Below, one piece after another: positions 1 through 8,044 of a stretch of 31,243 bases of DNA. This DNA is from Acidimicrobiales bacterium (GTDB lineage Bacteria > Actinomycetota > Acidimicrobiia > Acidimicrobiales > VFJN01): the NCBI GenBank assembly GCA_039927735.1, contig JBDSUN010000064.1:1-31243 (forward strand), given 5' to 3'. Positions within the stretch are counted from its first letter, which is position 1, and every line of letters starts with the position of its first letter. The notes under the pieces were generated by a model. It searched no databases and was not told the origin of the DNA. It saw nothing but the letters and a program-made list of their open reading frames with translations. The position numbers and the translations under genes are program-made.

Positions 1-397
1 CGACGTGGGGTCCGAGCCGCTGCACCAGCGCCCGGATCGGCGCCACCAGGACGCGGGGTGCCCGCTCGGGGTCGCGCAGGCGCCACATGGTGCGCAGCCG
101 CCGGCCCATCGTCTCCACCGACGGCGACACCCGCTCGAAGGGCAGCGTCTCCCAGGCCGGGAAGGTGTCGACGGCATCGTTGCCGAGGTAGGCCCGCAGG
201 TCGTTGGCCACCCGGTCGGCATCGCCGGTGGTGGGGGCCGCCACCACGATCGGCCGTCGGGACGACAGCGTGGCCAGCCCGGCGATGGCCAGCGCTCGCG
301 CCGGCTCTGGGACGGCCAGGACCGCCGAGGACCGGCCGAGCACAGACGCGAGGCCAGGCTCCTCACGCAGCAACGGGGGGAGATCACGGAGCAACAT
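1..397 (-). CDS. mfd: Transcription-repair coupling factor Mfd, 5' part; runs off the window start
   Basis: Manual translation from ATG 397 gives MLLRDLPPLLREEPG...FPAWETLPFERVSPSVETMGRRLRTMWRL...LVAPIRALVQ. FP-WETLP-ER-SP is the actinobacterial Mfd N-terminal motif. Absent from the ORF track because no stop falls in the window. Confidence 0.92.
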   Translation of the reverse strand, partial: MLLRDLPPLLREEPGLASVLGRSSAVLAVPEPARALAIAGLATLSSRRPIVVAAPTTGDADRVANDLRAYLGNDAVDTFPAWETLPFERVSPSVETMGRRLRTMWRLRDPERAPRVLVAPIRALVQRLGPHV

Positions 398-498
398 CGA
401 AGCGCTCAGGCTACCGGTGCCGACCCGAGGTCCAGCGGGCTCGTGACCGAGGCACCGAACGGCCCCGGGGTGGGAAGCGGTCGCCTACGCTCCCGAGC

Positions 499-1158
499 AT
501 CGCCAGCACCGACGACCTCGCCTCGCAGCTCGAGCGGCTCTTCGACAGCCAACCGGTCGTCGGCGAACCCGTCGAGGCGCCCGGACCGGAGCCGGTGAGC
601 ACGGCGGAACCCGACGCGATGGCGGCGCCGGGACCGAGCGGTCGTGGTCTTGATGGCGCCGCGGTGATCGAGGCCCTGCGCCGCGAGATGGACGTCCTCC
701 GCCAGCAGCTGGATGTCGCCTTCGACGAGGTGGTTGGGCGCGTCGACGGGGTCGAGCTCCGATTGACGGCCCTGCGCAGCGCCATCGACGAGGCCGTTGC
801 GGCCAGCCATCAGACGCGTCCGCCCGACCCCGCGATCGTCGACCTCGGTTCTGTGGCCGCCCGACTGGGCCAGCTCGACGAGCGCCTGGCCACCAAGCTG
901 ACGGAGAGCCGGATCCGGCTCGAGGGTGGGCTCGATCAGCTCCACCATCAGATCGCCGAGCTCCGTGACGCCCCCATCGAGCTCGACACCCGCACCCTGG
1001 AGGACGCCGCGCATCGGGAGTCCCTCCGCAACGCCGCCGACATCGCCACCTTGCGCCAGACCGTTGAGAGGCTCACCGAGGCCGTGCGTCGCCAGAGCGA
1101 GGACCTCGCCGAGCTCCGCACCACCCTCGGTTGGATCAAGGAACGTCTCCTTCGCTGA
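499..1158 (+). CDS. Hypothetical coiled-coil protein; start uncertain (ATC 499, GTG 595 or ATG 619)
   Basis: 3' part of ORF 58..1158 has high-GC3 codons and heptad-like L/E/R helices. The 5' part overlaps mfd on the opposite strand and is not credible. Confidence 0.7.
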   Translation: MASTDDLASQLERLFDSQPVVGEPVEAPGPEPVSTAEPDAMAAPGPSGRGLDGAAVIEALRREMDVLRQQLDVAFDEVVGRVDGVELRLTALRSAIDEAVAASHQTRPPDPAIVDLGSVAARLGQLDERLATKLTESRIRLEGGLDQLHHQIAELRDAPIELDTRTLEDAAHRESLRNAADIATLRQTVERLTEAVRRQSEDLAELRTTLGWIKERLLR

Positions 1159-1174
1159 GCGTGTCGAGGACTCG

Positions 1175-2440
1175 CTAGAGGCGTTCGACGTTGCCGGCGC
1201 GGGGAAGGCGGGCCTTGGTGTCGAGGACGTAGCAGGCCTGGGACACGATGGTGGCGGGGTCGAAGGCGTCGTGGTCGACGAGAAGGACGACGGCGTCGGC
1301 TCGGGCCAGCTCGCCGGGAGACGCCTCGACGGGGGTGACGCCGGGAGGGAACCGGTCCGGGGCGACGTGAGGGTCGGCGGCCACGAGGTCGGCGCCGAGC
1401 TCGGCCAGCAGCGCGGCCACCCGGTGGCTGGGGCTCTCCCGCCAGTCGCCCACGTTGGCCTTGAAGGAGATGCCCAGCAGCAAGATGCGGCTCCCCCGGA
1501 TGGCCTTGGCCTGGTCGTTGAGGGCCACCATCAGCCGACGTACGACGTAGTCAGGCATGTGCTCGTTCACATCGTTGGCCAGCTCCACGAAGCGAAAGCT
1601 CTGCCCGGTCCGGCGCTTCACCTGCCAGCTCAGGTAGCTCGGATCCACTGGTAGGCAGTGGCCGCCCACGCCGGGGCCAGGAGTGAAGCGCATGTAGCCA
1701 AAGGGCTTGGTGGAAGCAGCGTCGATGGCCTCCCACACGTCGATGCCGAGGTCGTGGGCGAACACGGCCAGCTCGTTCACCAGGGCGATGTTCACGTGGC
1801 GGAAGGTGTTCTCCAACAGCTTGGTGAGCTCGGCCTCCTTCGGGGTGCTCACGGGCACGGTGGTGTCCACGATCTGGTCGTAGAAGTGCTGCACCTTGGC
1901 CAGGCTGGCGGCGTCGATGCCACTCACGACCTTGGGCGTGCTGACCAGCGTCCAGGTCCGGTTGCCCGGATCGATGCGCTCCGGGCTGTAGCCGAGGTGG
2001 AAGTCGTCGCCCGCCCGCAGACCGGAGCCGGCCTCGAGGATGGGGGCTAGGCGCTCCTCGGTGGTGCCTGGGTAGGTGGTGCTCTCCAGCACGACGGTGG
2101 CGCCGGCCGTGAGCAGCGGGGCGAGCTGGGCGCCGGCGCTGTCGATGAAGGTGAGATCGGGGATGCCTTCCCGCAAGGGGGTCGGCACCGTGATGACGGC
2201 CACGTCGAACCGCTCGATGCTGGCGAGGGAGGTGACGGCCCGGTACCGGCCAGTGGCCAGCGCGGCGGCCACGTCGGCATCCGAGATGTCCTCCACGAAC
2301 GACGTGCCGGCCCCCAGCGCCTTGCTGCGGTGCTCGTCGAGGTCGTAGCCCACCACGTCGTAGCCCGCCGCCACTGCCCGCATCGCCAAGGGCAGCCCGA
2401 CGTAGCCCTGCCCGACGATGATGGCGATCTCGGTGGTCAT
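1175..2440 (-). CDS. Nucleotide-sugar dehydrogenase, UDP-N-acetylhexosamine 6-dehydrogenase (WecC/TviB/WbpA-like) subfamily
   Basis: Motifs GQGYVGLPLA, ESTTYPGTTEE, SPERIDPG, KLLENTFRHVNIA, GPGVGGHCLPVDP and RESP. Start trimmed to MTTEIAIIVG. Confidence 0.92.
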   Translation of the reverse strand: MTTEIAIIVGQGYVGLPLAMRAVAAGYDVVGYDLDEHRSKALGAGTSFVEDISDADVAAALATGRYRAVTSLASIERFDVAVITVPTPLREGIPDLTFIDSAGAQLAPLLTAGATVVLESTTYPGTTEERLAPILEAGSGLRAGDDFHLGYSPERIDPGNRTWTLVSTPKVVSGIDAASLAKVQHFYDQIVDTTVPVSTPKEAELTKLLENTFRHVNIALVNELAVFAHDLGIDVWEAIDAASTKPFGYMRFTPGPGVGGHCLPVDPSYLSWQVKRRTGQSFRFVELANDVNEHMPDYVVRRLMVALNDQAKAIRGSRILLLGISFKANVGDWRESPSHRVAALLAELGADLVAADPHVAPDRFPPGVTPVEASPGELARADAVVLLVDHDAFDPATIVSQACYVLDTKARLPRAGNVERL

Positions 2441-2495
2441 GTCTCCATGATGGTCGGTCGATGAGCGCCGCACGGTCGGGCGCCGATCGTCTGCC

Positions 2496-2513
2496 CCTAC
2501 GCTGCGCGCATGG
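2496..2513 (+). promoter_or_regulatory. Leaderless-type promoter TACGCT-N6-ATG; 18-bp sequence identical to the copy at 5687..5704 (-)
   Basis: cctacgctgcgcgcatgg occurs at both loci. TANNNT -10 box lies 6 nt before ATG. Confidence 0.65.
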
Positions 2514-3352
2514 TCACCCTCCACACGTTCCAGCACGCCGGGTTCAGCTTCGACGTCGACGACCGCGGTGGCGACGGGAGCGGTGACGCCGTCATCCTGC
2601 TGCACGGGTTCCCGCAGACGAAGGCGTCGTGGCACCAGGTCACCCCGGCCCTCGTCGAAGCCGGTCACCGGGTGCTGGCGCCCGACCAGCGGGGCTACTC
2701 CCCCGGGGCCCGCCCCCCGGGCCGGCGGGACTACAGCCTCGACAAGCTGGTGGGCGATGTCCTCGCCCTGGCCGACGCCGCCGACGTGGAGCGCTTCCAC
2801 GTCATCGGCCACGACTGGGGCGGCGCGGTGGCCTGGGGGCTCGGCGCCTCGGCCCCCGAGCGGGTCGCCTCCCTCACCTCGCTGTCCACGCCCCACGGCC
2901 GAGCCATGGCCACCTCGATGGTGACCAGCCTCCAGCTGCTGAAGTCCTGGTACATGCTCGCCTTCCAGCTCCCGGGGGCCCCCGAGAAGCTGATCGGCGC
3001 CGGCGGCGGCCAGCGGCTGCGAGCCCAGCTGCGCGACTCCGGTCTGCCGCCCGCCCAGGTCGACGCCAGCGTCGAGCTCATGACCTCCGGCGGCGCCCGG
3101 GGCGCTCTGAACTGGTACCGGGGCATGCCCTTCAGCCCGCCGGCCATGGCCGCCACCATCACCGTGCCCACCCTCTACGTCTACGGAGACTCCGACTTCG
3201 CCCTGGGCCGCAAGGCGGCCGACCTCACTGCCCGCCACGTCACCGGCCCGTACCAGTTCGAGGTCCTGGAGGGCGTCGGCCACTGGATCCCCGAGGAAGG
3301 CGAGCGCCTCAACCCCCTCCTCCTCGCCCACCTGGCCCTCCACCCTGCCTGA
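2510..3352 (+). CDS. Alpha/beta hydrolase, epoxide hydrolase-like
   Basis: HGFP, GHDWGG (Asp nucleophile), lid WY motifs and C-terminal GHW. Confidence 0.9.
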   Translation: MVTLHTFQHAGFSFDVDDRGGDGSGDAVILLHGFPQTKASWHQVTPALVEAGHRVLAPDQRGYSPGARPPGRRDYSLDKLVGDVLALADAADVERFHVIGHDWGGAVAWGLGASAPERVASLTSLSTPHGRAMATSMVTSLQLLKSWYMLAFQLPGAPEKLIGAGGGQRLRAQLRDSGLPPAQVDASVELMTSGGARGALNWYRGMPFSPPAMAATITVPTLYVYGDSDFALGRKAADLTARHVTGPYQFEVLEGVGHWIPEEGERLNPLLLAHLALHPA

Positions 3353-3370
3353 CCGCGACCGGTCCGTGCC

Positions 3371-4000
3371 TCAGGCGGGGTCGGGTCGGGCGTTGTAGCG
3401 GTTCATGGCCCGGTCGGGGCCGTCGCGGAGGATCAGCTCGACGGCATCGGCCGCCTCCTGCACGATGATGTCGAGCTCCTGGCGGTCGGCCTTGCCGGGT
3501 CGCTTCAGCACGTGGTCCACGCCCTGGGCTTTGCCGGGTGGCTTGCCGATGCCGAGACGGATGCGCACGAAGTCGTCCGTGTGGAGGTGGGCCTTCACGG
3601 ACTTGAGGCCGTTGTTGCCGGCCAGCCCGCCGCCCACCTTGACCTTGAACGTGCCCACCGGCAGGTCGAGCTCATCGTGCACGATGACGAGACGATGGGG
3701 ATCGTCGATGCCGTGACGACGCACGAGGGGCGCCACGGCCTCACCGGAGAGGTTCATGTAGGTGAGGGGGATGGCGAGGGCCAGGCGCTTCTGGCCCACG
3801 GTGATCTCGTCGACCATGGCCCGCTCCTTGCCCGTGCGGAGCCTGGCCCCGTGGCGCTCGGCGAGGAGGTGAACCACCTCGGCCCCGACGTTGTGGCGGG
3901 TGCCCTCGTACTCCGCGCCCGGGTTGGCCAGGCCGACCACCAGCAGGTCAGCTGGGGTGCCCCGGCGCTCGGCAGCCTCGCTCCGTCGTCGTCCGAACAC
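3371..4000 (-). CDS. pth: Peptidyl-tRNA hydrolase
   Basis: GLANPG, TRHNVG, HDELD, GNNGLKS and RIRLGIG; lies downstream of rplY. Confidence 0.96.
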   Translation of the reverse strand: MFGRRRSEAAERRGTPADLLVVGLANPGAEYEGTRHNVGAEVVHLLAERHGARLRTGKERAMVDEITVGQKRLALAIPLTYMNLSGEAVAPLVRRHGIDDPHRLVIVHDELDLPVGTFKVKVGGGLAGNNGLKSVKAHLHTDDFVRIRLGIGKPPGKAQGVDHVLKRPGKADRQELDIIVQEAADAVELILRDGPDRAMNRYNARPDPA

Positions 4001-4025
4001 CTAAGGGCCCGTGCTCAGTGGCCGG

Positions 4026-4736
4026 TCAGCCGTCGTCGCCGCCGGCGGCGTCGGCGTCATCGGAACCGCTGGCCTCGGCGTCGTCTCCACCCTCGCCCTC
4101 GGCAGCCTCGCCGTCGGGCTCGACGTCCTCACCGGTGTCGCCGGCCACCTCGGCCTCGGCCGCGGCCATGTCGGCGTCGGACACGCCATGGCTGGCGGTG
4201 ACCACCGGATCCTCCGGGTCGATGGGCGTGGTGACGCCGTCCGGCAGGGTGATGTCGCTCACCCGCATGGCCTCGCCGATCCGCAGACCGGAGATGTCGA
4301 CCGACAGGCCCGAGGGGATGTCGGCCGGCTTGGCGGTGATCATGAGGGCCTGCAAGACCTGGTCGACCACACCGCCCTCGCGGCCGACGAGCTCGGCTTC
4401 GCCTTCGAGGTGGATGGTGACCTCGACGTCGACGGTCTTGTCGAGGTCGACGCGGATGAAGTCGATGTGGAGCACGTTGCGGCGCACGGCGTGGCGCTGC
4501 ATGTCCTTTACCAGGGTGGGCGTGCGGGTGCCGTCGATCTCGAGGTTGATGACGGCGTTGAGGCCCTGCTCGGTGATGAGGGCGGCTCGCAGCTCACGCC
4601 ACTCCACCGTGAGGGTGACGGGGTCGGCCCCGAGGCCGTAGACCACGCCGGGGATCTTGCCCTGGTTGCGGAGGCGGCGAACGGGGCGGGTGCCCTGCGG
4701 GGGGCGCGGGGTCGCCTGGAGGATGATCTCGGCCAT
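4026..4736 (-). CDS. rplY: 50S ribosomal protein L25/Ctc, long form with acidic tail
   Basis: RRLRNQGKIPGVVYG, KDMQRH and LHIDF. SD AGGAG precedes ATG 4736. Confidence 0.96.
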   Translation of the reverse strand: MAEIILQATPRPPQGTRPVRRLRNQGKIPGVVYGLGADPVTLTVEWRELRAALITEQGLNAVINLEIDGTRTPTLVKDMQRHAVRRNVLHIDFIRVDLDKTVDVEVTIHLEGEAELVGREGGVVDQVLQALMITAKPADIPSGLSVDISGLRIGEAMRVSDITLPDGVTTPIDPEDPVVTASHGVSDADMAAAEAEVAGDTGEDVEPDGEAAEGEGGDDAEASGSDDADAAGGDDG

Positions 4737-4801
4737 CGGAACTGCTCCTACGTCTGAGATCGCGCCGGAGCGCAATGTCGATCGGTTTGCTGGACCGGGG
4801 G

Positions 4802-4807
4802 AGGCTA
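4802..4807 (-). promoter_or_regulatory. Candidate -10 box (TAGCCT) for rplY, giving a ~60-nt 5' UTR
   Basis: TANNNT match in the intergenic region upstream of rplY. Confidence 0.45.
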
Positions 4808-4835
4808 CCGGGCGGTCCCGGCGAGCGGCCAACCC

Positions 4836-5690
4836 TCAGGCGCGGCCGACGGCCTCTGCTGCGGCGCCCGCAGCTCTCACGGCCTCGTCGGCTTCGGCTC
4901 GAGCCTGCTGCGCCTCGGCTTCGGTTGCCTCCGCCGCATGCACGAGCCGGGCGGCTTCCCGGGCCAGACGGTCGGCCGTGCGCTGCCGTCCGGCTCGCTC
5001 CTTGAGGCGGAGGCGCTCGGCGGCCCGCTCGGCCTTGGCCGCCACCGCCTGCTCCTCGGCCACCTTCGCCTGCTCGGCCTCGGCTTCGGCACCAGCAGCG
5101 TCGTCGTCGTCCGGCGCAAGGTCCGGGACCACCCGGAGGGCCGCCTGGGACAGGGTGGGCTTCTTCTGGGCGGCCTCCTTGGGCGCGCGGGCGGGCCGGG
5201 GGGCGACAGGGCTGCCGTCCACCTCGAGGCCGAAGCCGAAGCCGGGCTGCTCGTGGTCGGTGCTCAGCACGCCCCGCTCGAGCTGGCCGGCCACGTCGCC
5301 GTCGAGTGCCGCCACCCGGAGGGTGGCCAGCAGCGCCGACCGCTGGGCGTCCACCCGGCCGCCGAGGTGAGCGGCCGCGGCCTGCACCACTTCGTTGGCG
5401 GCCTGGCGCTCGGTCTTGGTGGCTGCCCGCAAGCCAGAGGGATCGCCCGCCCCGGCCCCCTCCGACGCAGCGCGCAGCTCGACACCGGCCTCGATGGCCC
5501 TGGTCACCAGAGCCGGCTCGGTGCGGGCCACCTGGTTCAGGGCCCACGCCGCCGCGCTCGGCCGGCGGAGGGCGAGGACGGTGGTGGCGTCGAGCTTGCG
5601 GCTCTCCTTGCGCAGCTGCTTGGCCAGGGCGTTGCGGGCGGCGACGAAGGTCTCCGGCGCGAGGGCGTAGAGCGCGTCGGCCTCCTCCAT
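4836..5690 (-). CDS. Conserved hypothetical protein: helical N-terminal domain and coiled-coil C-terminus
   Basis: High GC3. N-terminus ADALYALAPETFVAARN...LRRPSAAAWALNQVAR resembles a widespread uncharacterised actinobacterial family. TACGCT-N6-ATG start. Confidence 0.8.
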   Translation of the reverse strand: MEEADALYALAPETFVAARNALAKQLRKESRKLDATTVLALRRPSAAAWALNQVARTEPALVTRAIEAGVELRAASEGAGAGDPSGLRAATKTERQAANEVVQAAAAHLGGRVDAQRSALLATLRVAALDGDVAGQLERGVLSTDHEQPGFGFGLEVDGSPVAPRPARAPKEAAQKKPTLSQAALRVVPDLAPDDDDAAGAEAEAEQAKVAEEQAVAAKAERAAERLRLKERAGRQRTADRLAREAARLVHAAEATEAEAQQARAEADEAVRAAGAAAEAVGRA

Positions 5691-5704
5691 GCGCGCAGCG
5701 TAGG
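5687..5704 (-). promoter_or_regulatory. Leaderless-type promoter TACGCT-N6-ATG (second identical copy)
   Basis: Reverse complement is cctacgctgcgcgcatgg. Confidence 0.65.
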
Positions 5705-5751
5705 CAGCGGACGGGGTGCCGGCCGCCCCGATGGGCCAGACTCGCGGACCC

Positions 5752-6987
5752 ATGGCCGACCCCGCCCCCACGGTGCTGACCGGTGTCTACGCCGTCGTGC
5801 GCGATCTGCTCCAACGGTCCTACGGCCTGTTCCCCGACGAGCTGGTGCCCGTCATGAGCGAGCTCGTCGAACAGCACACCGGGGCGACCCACCTCGAGCT
5901 CCTCCTGGTTGACCTCGACCAGCGGGAGCTGCGGGGCCTCGGCCGGGCCGGCCACGAGGGTTCGTCGTACCCCATCCTGGAGAGCGCCCCTGGCCTGGCC
6001 TTTCGCGACGAGGTCCCGGTCGCGCAGCCGATCGACGGCCGTCGCCAGCTTTGGCTCCCGGTGCTGGACTCGGCCGAACGCCTCGGCGTCCTTGGCCTTG
6101 TCGATGACAGCTCCGCCTCCATCGACGACTGGCTGGTGCTGAGCTCACTGGTCGGCGAGCTGGTCATGGCCAAGCAGGACTACGGCGACCACATCGCCAT
6201 CGCTCGGCGCCGTGAACCTGTGACCCTGGCCGCAGAGATGCGATGGGCGATGCTCCCGCCGCTCATGTTCAGCTCGCCGCGCGTGTGCGTCGCCGGGATC
6301 CTCCAGCCCTCCCACCTCGTAGCCGGCGACGCCTTCGACTACGCCGTCGGCGACAACACGGCCCTCGTCGGGATCTTCGACGCCGTGGGCCACGACCTCC
6401 AGGCCAGCCGGGTGGCCAACCTGGTCGTCGGTGGGTTTCGCAGCGGTCGGCGCCGGGGGCTCACCGTCGTCGAGACGCTCACGATGATCGACGACACCGT
6501 CACCGTCGAGCTCGGCCAGAACCGCTTCGCCACCGCCCAGGTCGTGGAGCTCGACCTGAGTGCCGGCGTCGCCCGGATCCACACGGCCGGCCACCCGCCG
6601 CCGGTGCACCTCCGCATGTCTGGCCCGCCGGAGATCGTCGAGGTGCAGCCCGGCCGGCCCCTCGGCCTCGGCCCCAGCGAGTACGTCGAGACCACCGTGC
6701 AGCTCGAGCCCGGCGACGCTCTGCTGCTGCACTCCGACGGCATCTACGAGGCCCGCTCACCCGACGGCGAGGACTACGGCTGGGACCGCATGATCGACCT
6801 CGCCCAGGCCCTCTTCGCCGTCGAGACCCGCCCGCCCGAGGTGCTCCGCCAGGTCATCCACGACGCCATCGACTTCCAAGGCGACGACATCCGCGACGAC
6901 GCCACCCTCGCCATGGTGCGCTGGCAGCCCAGCATCGTCGGCATCCCGTCGGCTCCCAGGGCCGAGAACGCCATCTTCCTCGACTGA
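5752..6987 (+). CDS. PP2C/SpoIIE (RsbU-like) Ser/Thr phosphatase with GAF-like N-terminal region
   Basis: Metal-binding motifs GDAFD, DAVGH, AGHPPP, SDG and DDAT. Confidence 0.9.
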   Translation: MADPAPTVLTGVYAVVRDLLQRSYGLFPDELVPVMSELVEQHTGATHLELLLVDLDQRELRGLGRAGHEGSSYPILESAPGLAFRDEVPVAQPIDGRRQLWLPVLDSAERLGVLGLVDDSSASIDDWLVLSSLVGELVMAKQDYGDHIAIARRREPVTLAAEMRWAMLPPLMFSSPRVCVAGILQPSHLVAGDAFDYAVGDNTALVGIFDAVGHDLQASRVANLVVGGFRSGRRRGLTVVETLTMIDDTVTVELGQNRFATAQVVELDLSAGVARIHTAGHPPPVHLRMSGPPEIVEVQPGRPLGLGPSEYVETTVQLEPGDALLLHSDGIYEARSPDGEDYGWDRMIDLAQALFAVETRPPEVLRQVIHDAIDFQGDDIRDDATLAMVRWQPSIVGIPSAPRAENAIFLD

Positions 6988-7052
6988 TCCGACCCTGCGT
7001 CCGCAGGAGCGAGCTCGTCCGCCTGGCGAATGCTGCTGACCGCAGCCGCTGG

Positions 7053-8036
7053 TCAGTTCTGGTTGGCGCCGTCGAAGATCTCGCTGACGGAGTTGTCTTC
7101 GAAGACGGCGTCGATGGTCTCGGCAAGGATCTTGGCCACCGAGAGCACCTCGATCTTGTCGATCTGCTTGTCGGGCGGCAGTGGCAGGGTGTTGGTGATG
7201 ACCAGCCGGTTGATCGACGAGTTCTTGATGCGGTCGATGGCGGGGCCCGAGAGCACACCGTGGGTGGCCAGCGCGTAGATGTCGGACGCGCCCCGCTCCT
7301 TGAGCTGGTCGGCGCCGGCGCACAGCGTGGCGGCGGTGTCGATCATGTCGTCGATGATCACGCAGGCCCGGCCCTGCACGTCGCCGACGATCTCGATCGC
7401 CTCCACGGTGTTCTTCACGCCCTTCACGCGCCGCTTGTGCACGATGGCGAGATCGGCGTGGAGCACGTTGGTGTAGCGCTCGGCCACCTTCACCCGACCG
7501 GCGTCGGGGGACACCACCACGAGGTCCTCGGGGAGGTGGGCCTTGATGTAGTCGACCAGCACGGGCATGGCGGTGAGGTGGTCGACGGGGCCGTCGAAGA
7601 ACCCCTGGATCTGACCGGAGTGCAGATCCACCGACATGAGGCGGTTGGTGCCCACCGCTGCGAACATGTTGGCGACGAGCTTGGCCGTGATGGGCTCCCG
7701 GCCCTCGGCCTTGCGGTCCTGGCGGGCGTAGCCGTAGTTGGGGATGACGGCGGTGATGCGCTTGGCCGACGCCCGGCGGGCGGCGTCGATCATGATCAGC
7801 TGCTCCATGATCACGTCGTTCACCGAGAGCTCCTCGGTGGCGCCGTGGGTCTGGATGATGAAGACGTCGGCGCCCCGCACGTTCTCACCGAGCTTGGAGT
7901 GGATCTCCCCGTTGGAGAACTCCACCAGGTTCGGGTGCCCGAGCTCCACGCCGAGGTGGTCGGCGATCTCGGCGGCCAACGGGAGGTTCGACCGCCCCGC
8001 CAGCAGGTGCAGCCTCTTCTTCGTGACCAGCTCCAT
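7053..8036 (-). CDS. prs: Ribose-phosphate pyrophosphokinase
   Basis: FSNGEI, YGYARQDRK, DLHSGQIQGFF, SPDAGR and DDMIDTA. Confidence 0.97.
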   Translation of the reverse strand: MELVTKKRLHLLAGRSNLPLAAEIADHLGVELGHPNLVEFSNGEIHSKLGENVRGADVFIIQTHGATEELSVNDVIMEQLIMIDAARRASAKRITAVIPNYGYARQDRKAEGREPITAKLVANMFAAVGTNRLMSVDLHSGQIQGFFDGPVDHLTAMPVLVDYIKAHLPEDLVVVSPDAGRVKVAERYTNVLHADLAIVHKRRVKGVKNTVEAIEIVGDVQGRACVIIDDMIDTAATLCAGADQLKERGASDIYALATHGVLSGPAIDRIKNSSINRLVITNTLPLPPDKQIDKIEVLSVAKILAETIDAVFEDNSVSEIFDGANQN

Positions 8037-8044
8037 GGGTCCCC

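Noticed and set aside
2441-3343. 722-aa N-terminally extended dehydrogenase ORF
   Set aside because: The extension is the antisense shadow of the alpha/beta hydrolase. The real Rossmann motif starts at 2440.
8037-8044. Frameshifted remainder of the glmU acetyltransferase domain
   Set aside because: Only 8 nt separate the glmU stop from the prs start, and no HLxYxGD-like sequence is present there.
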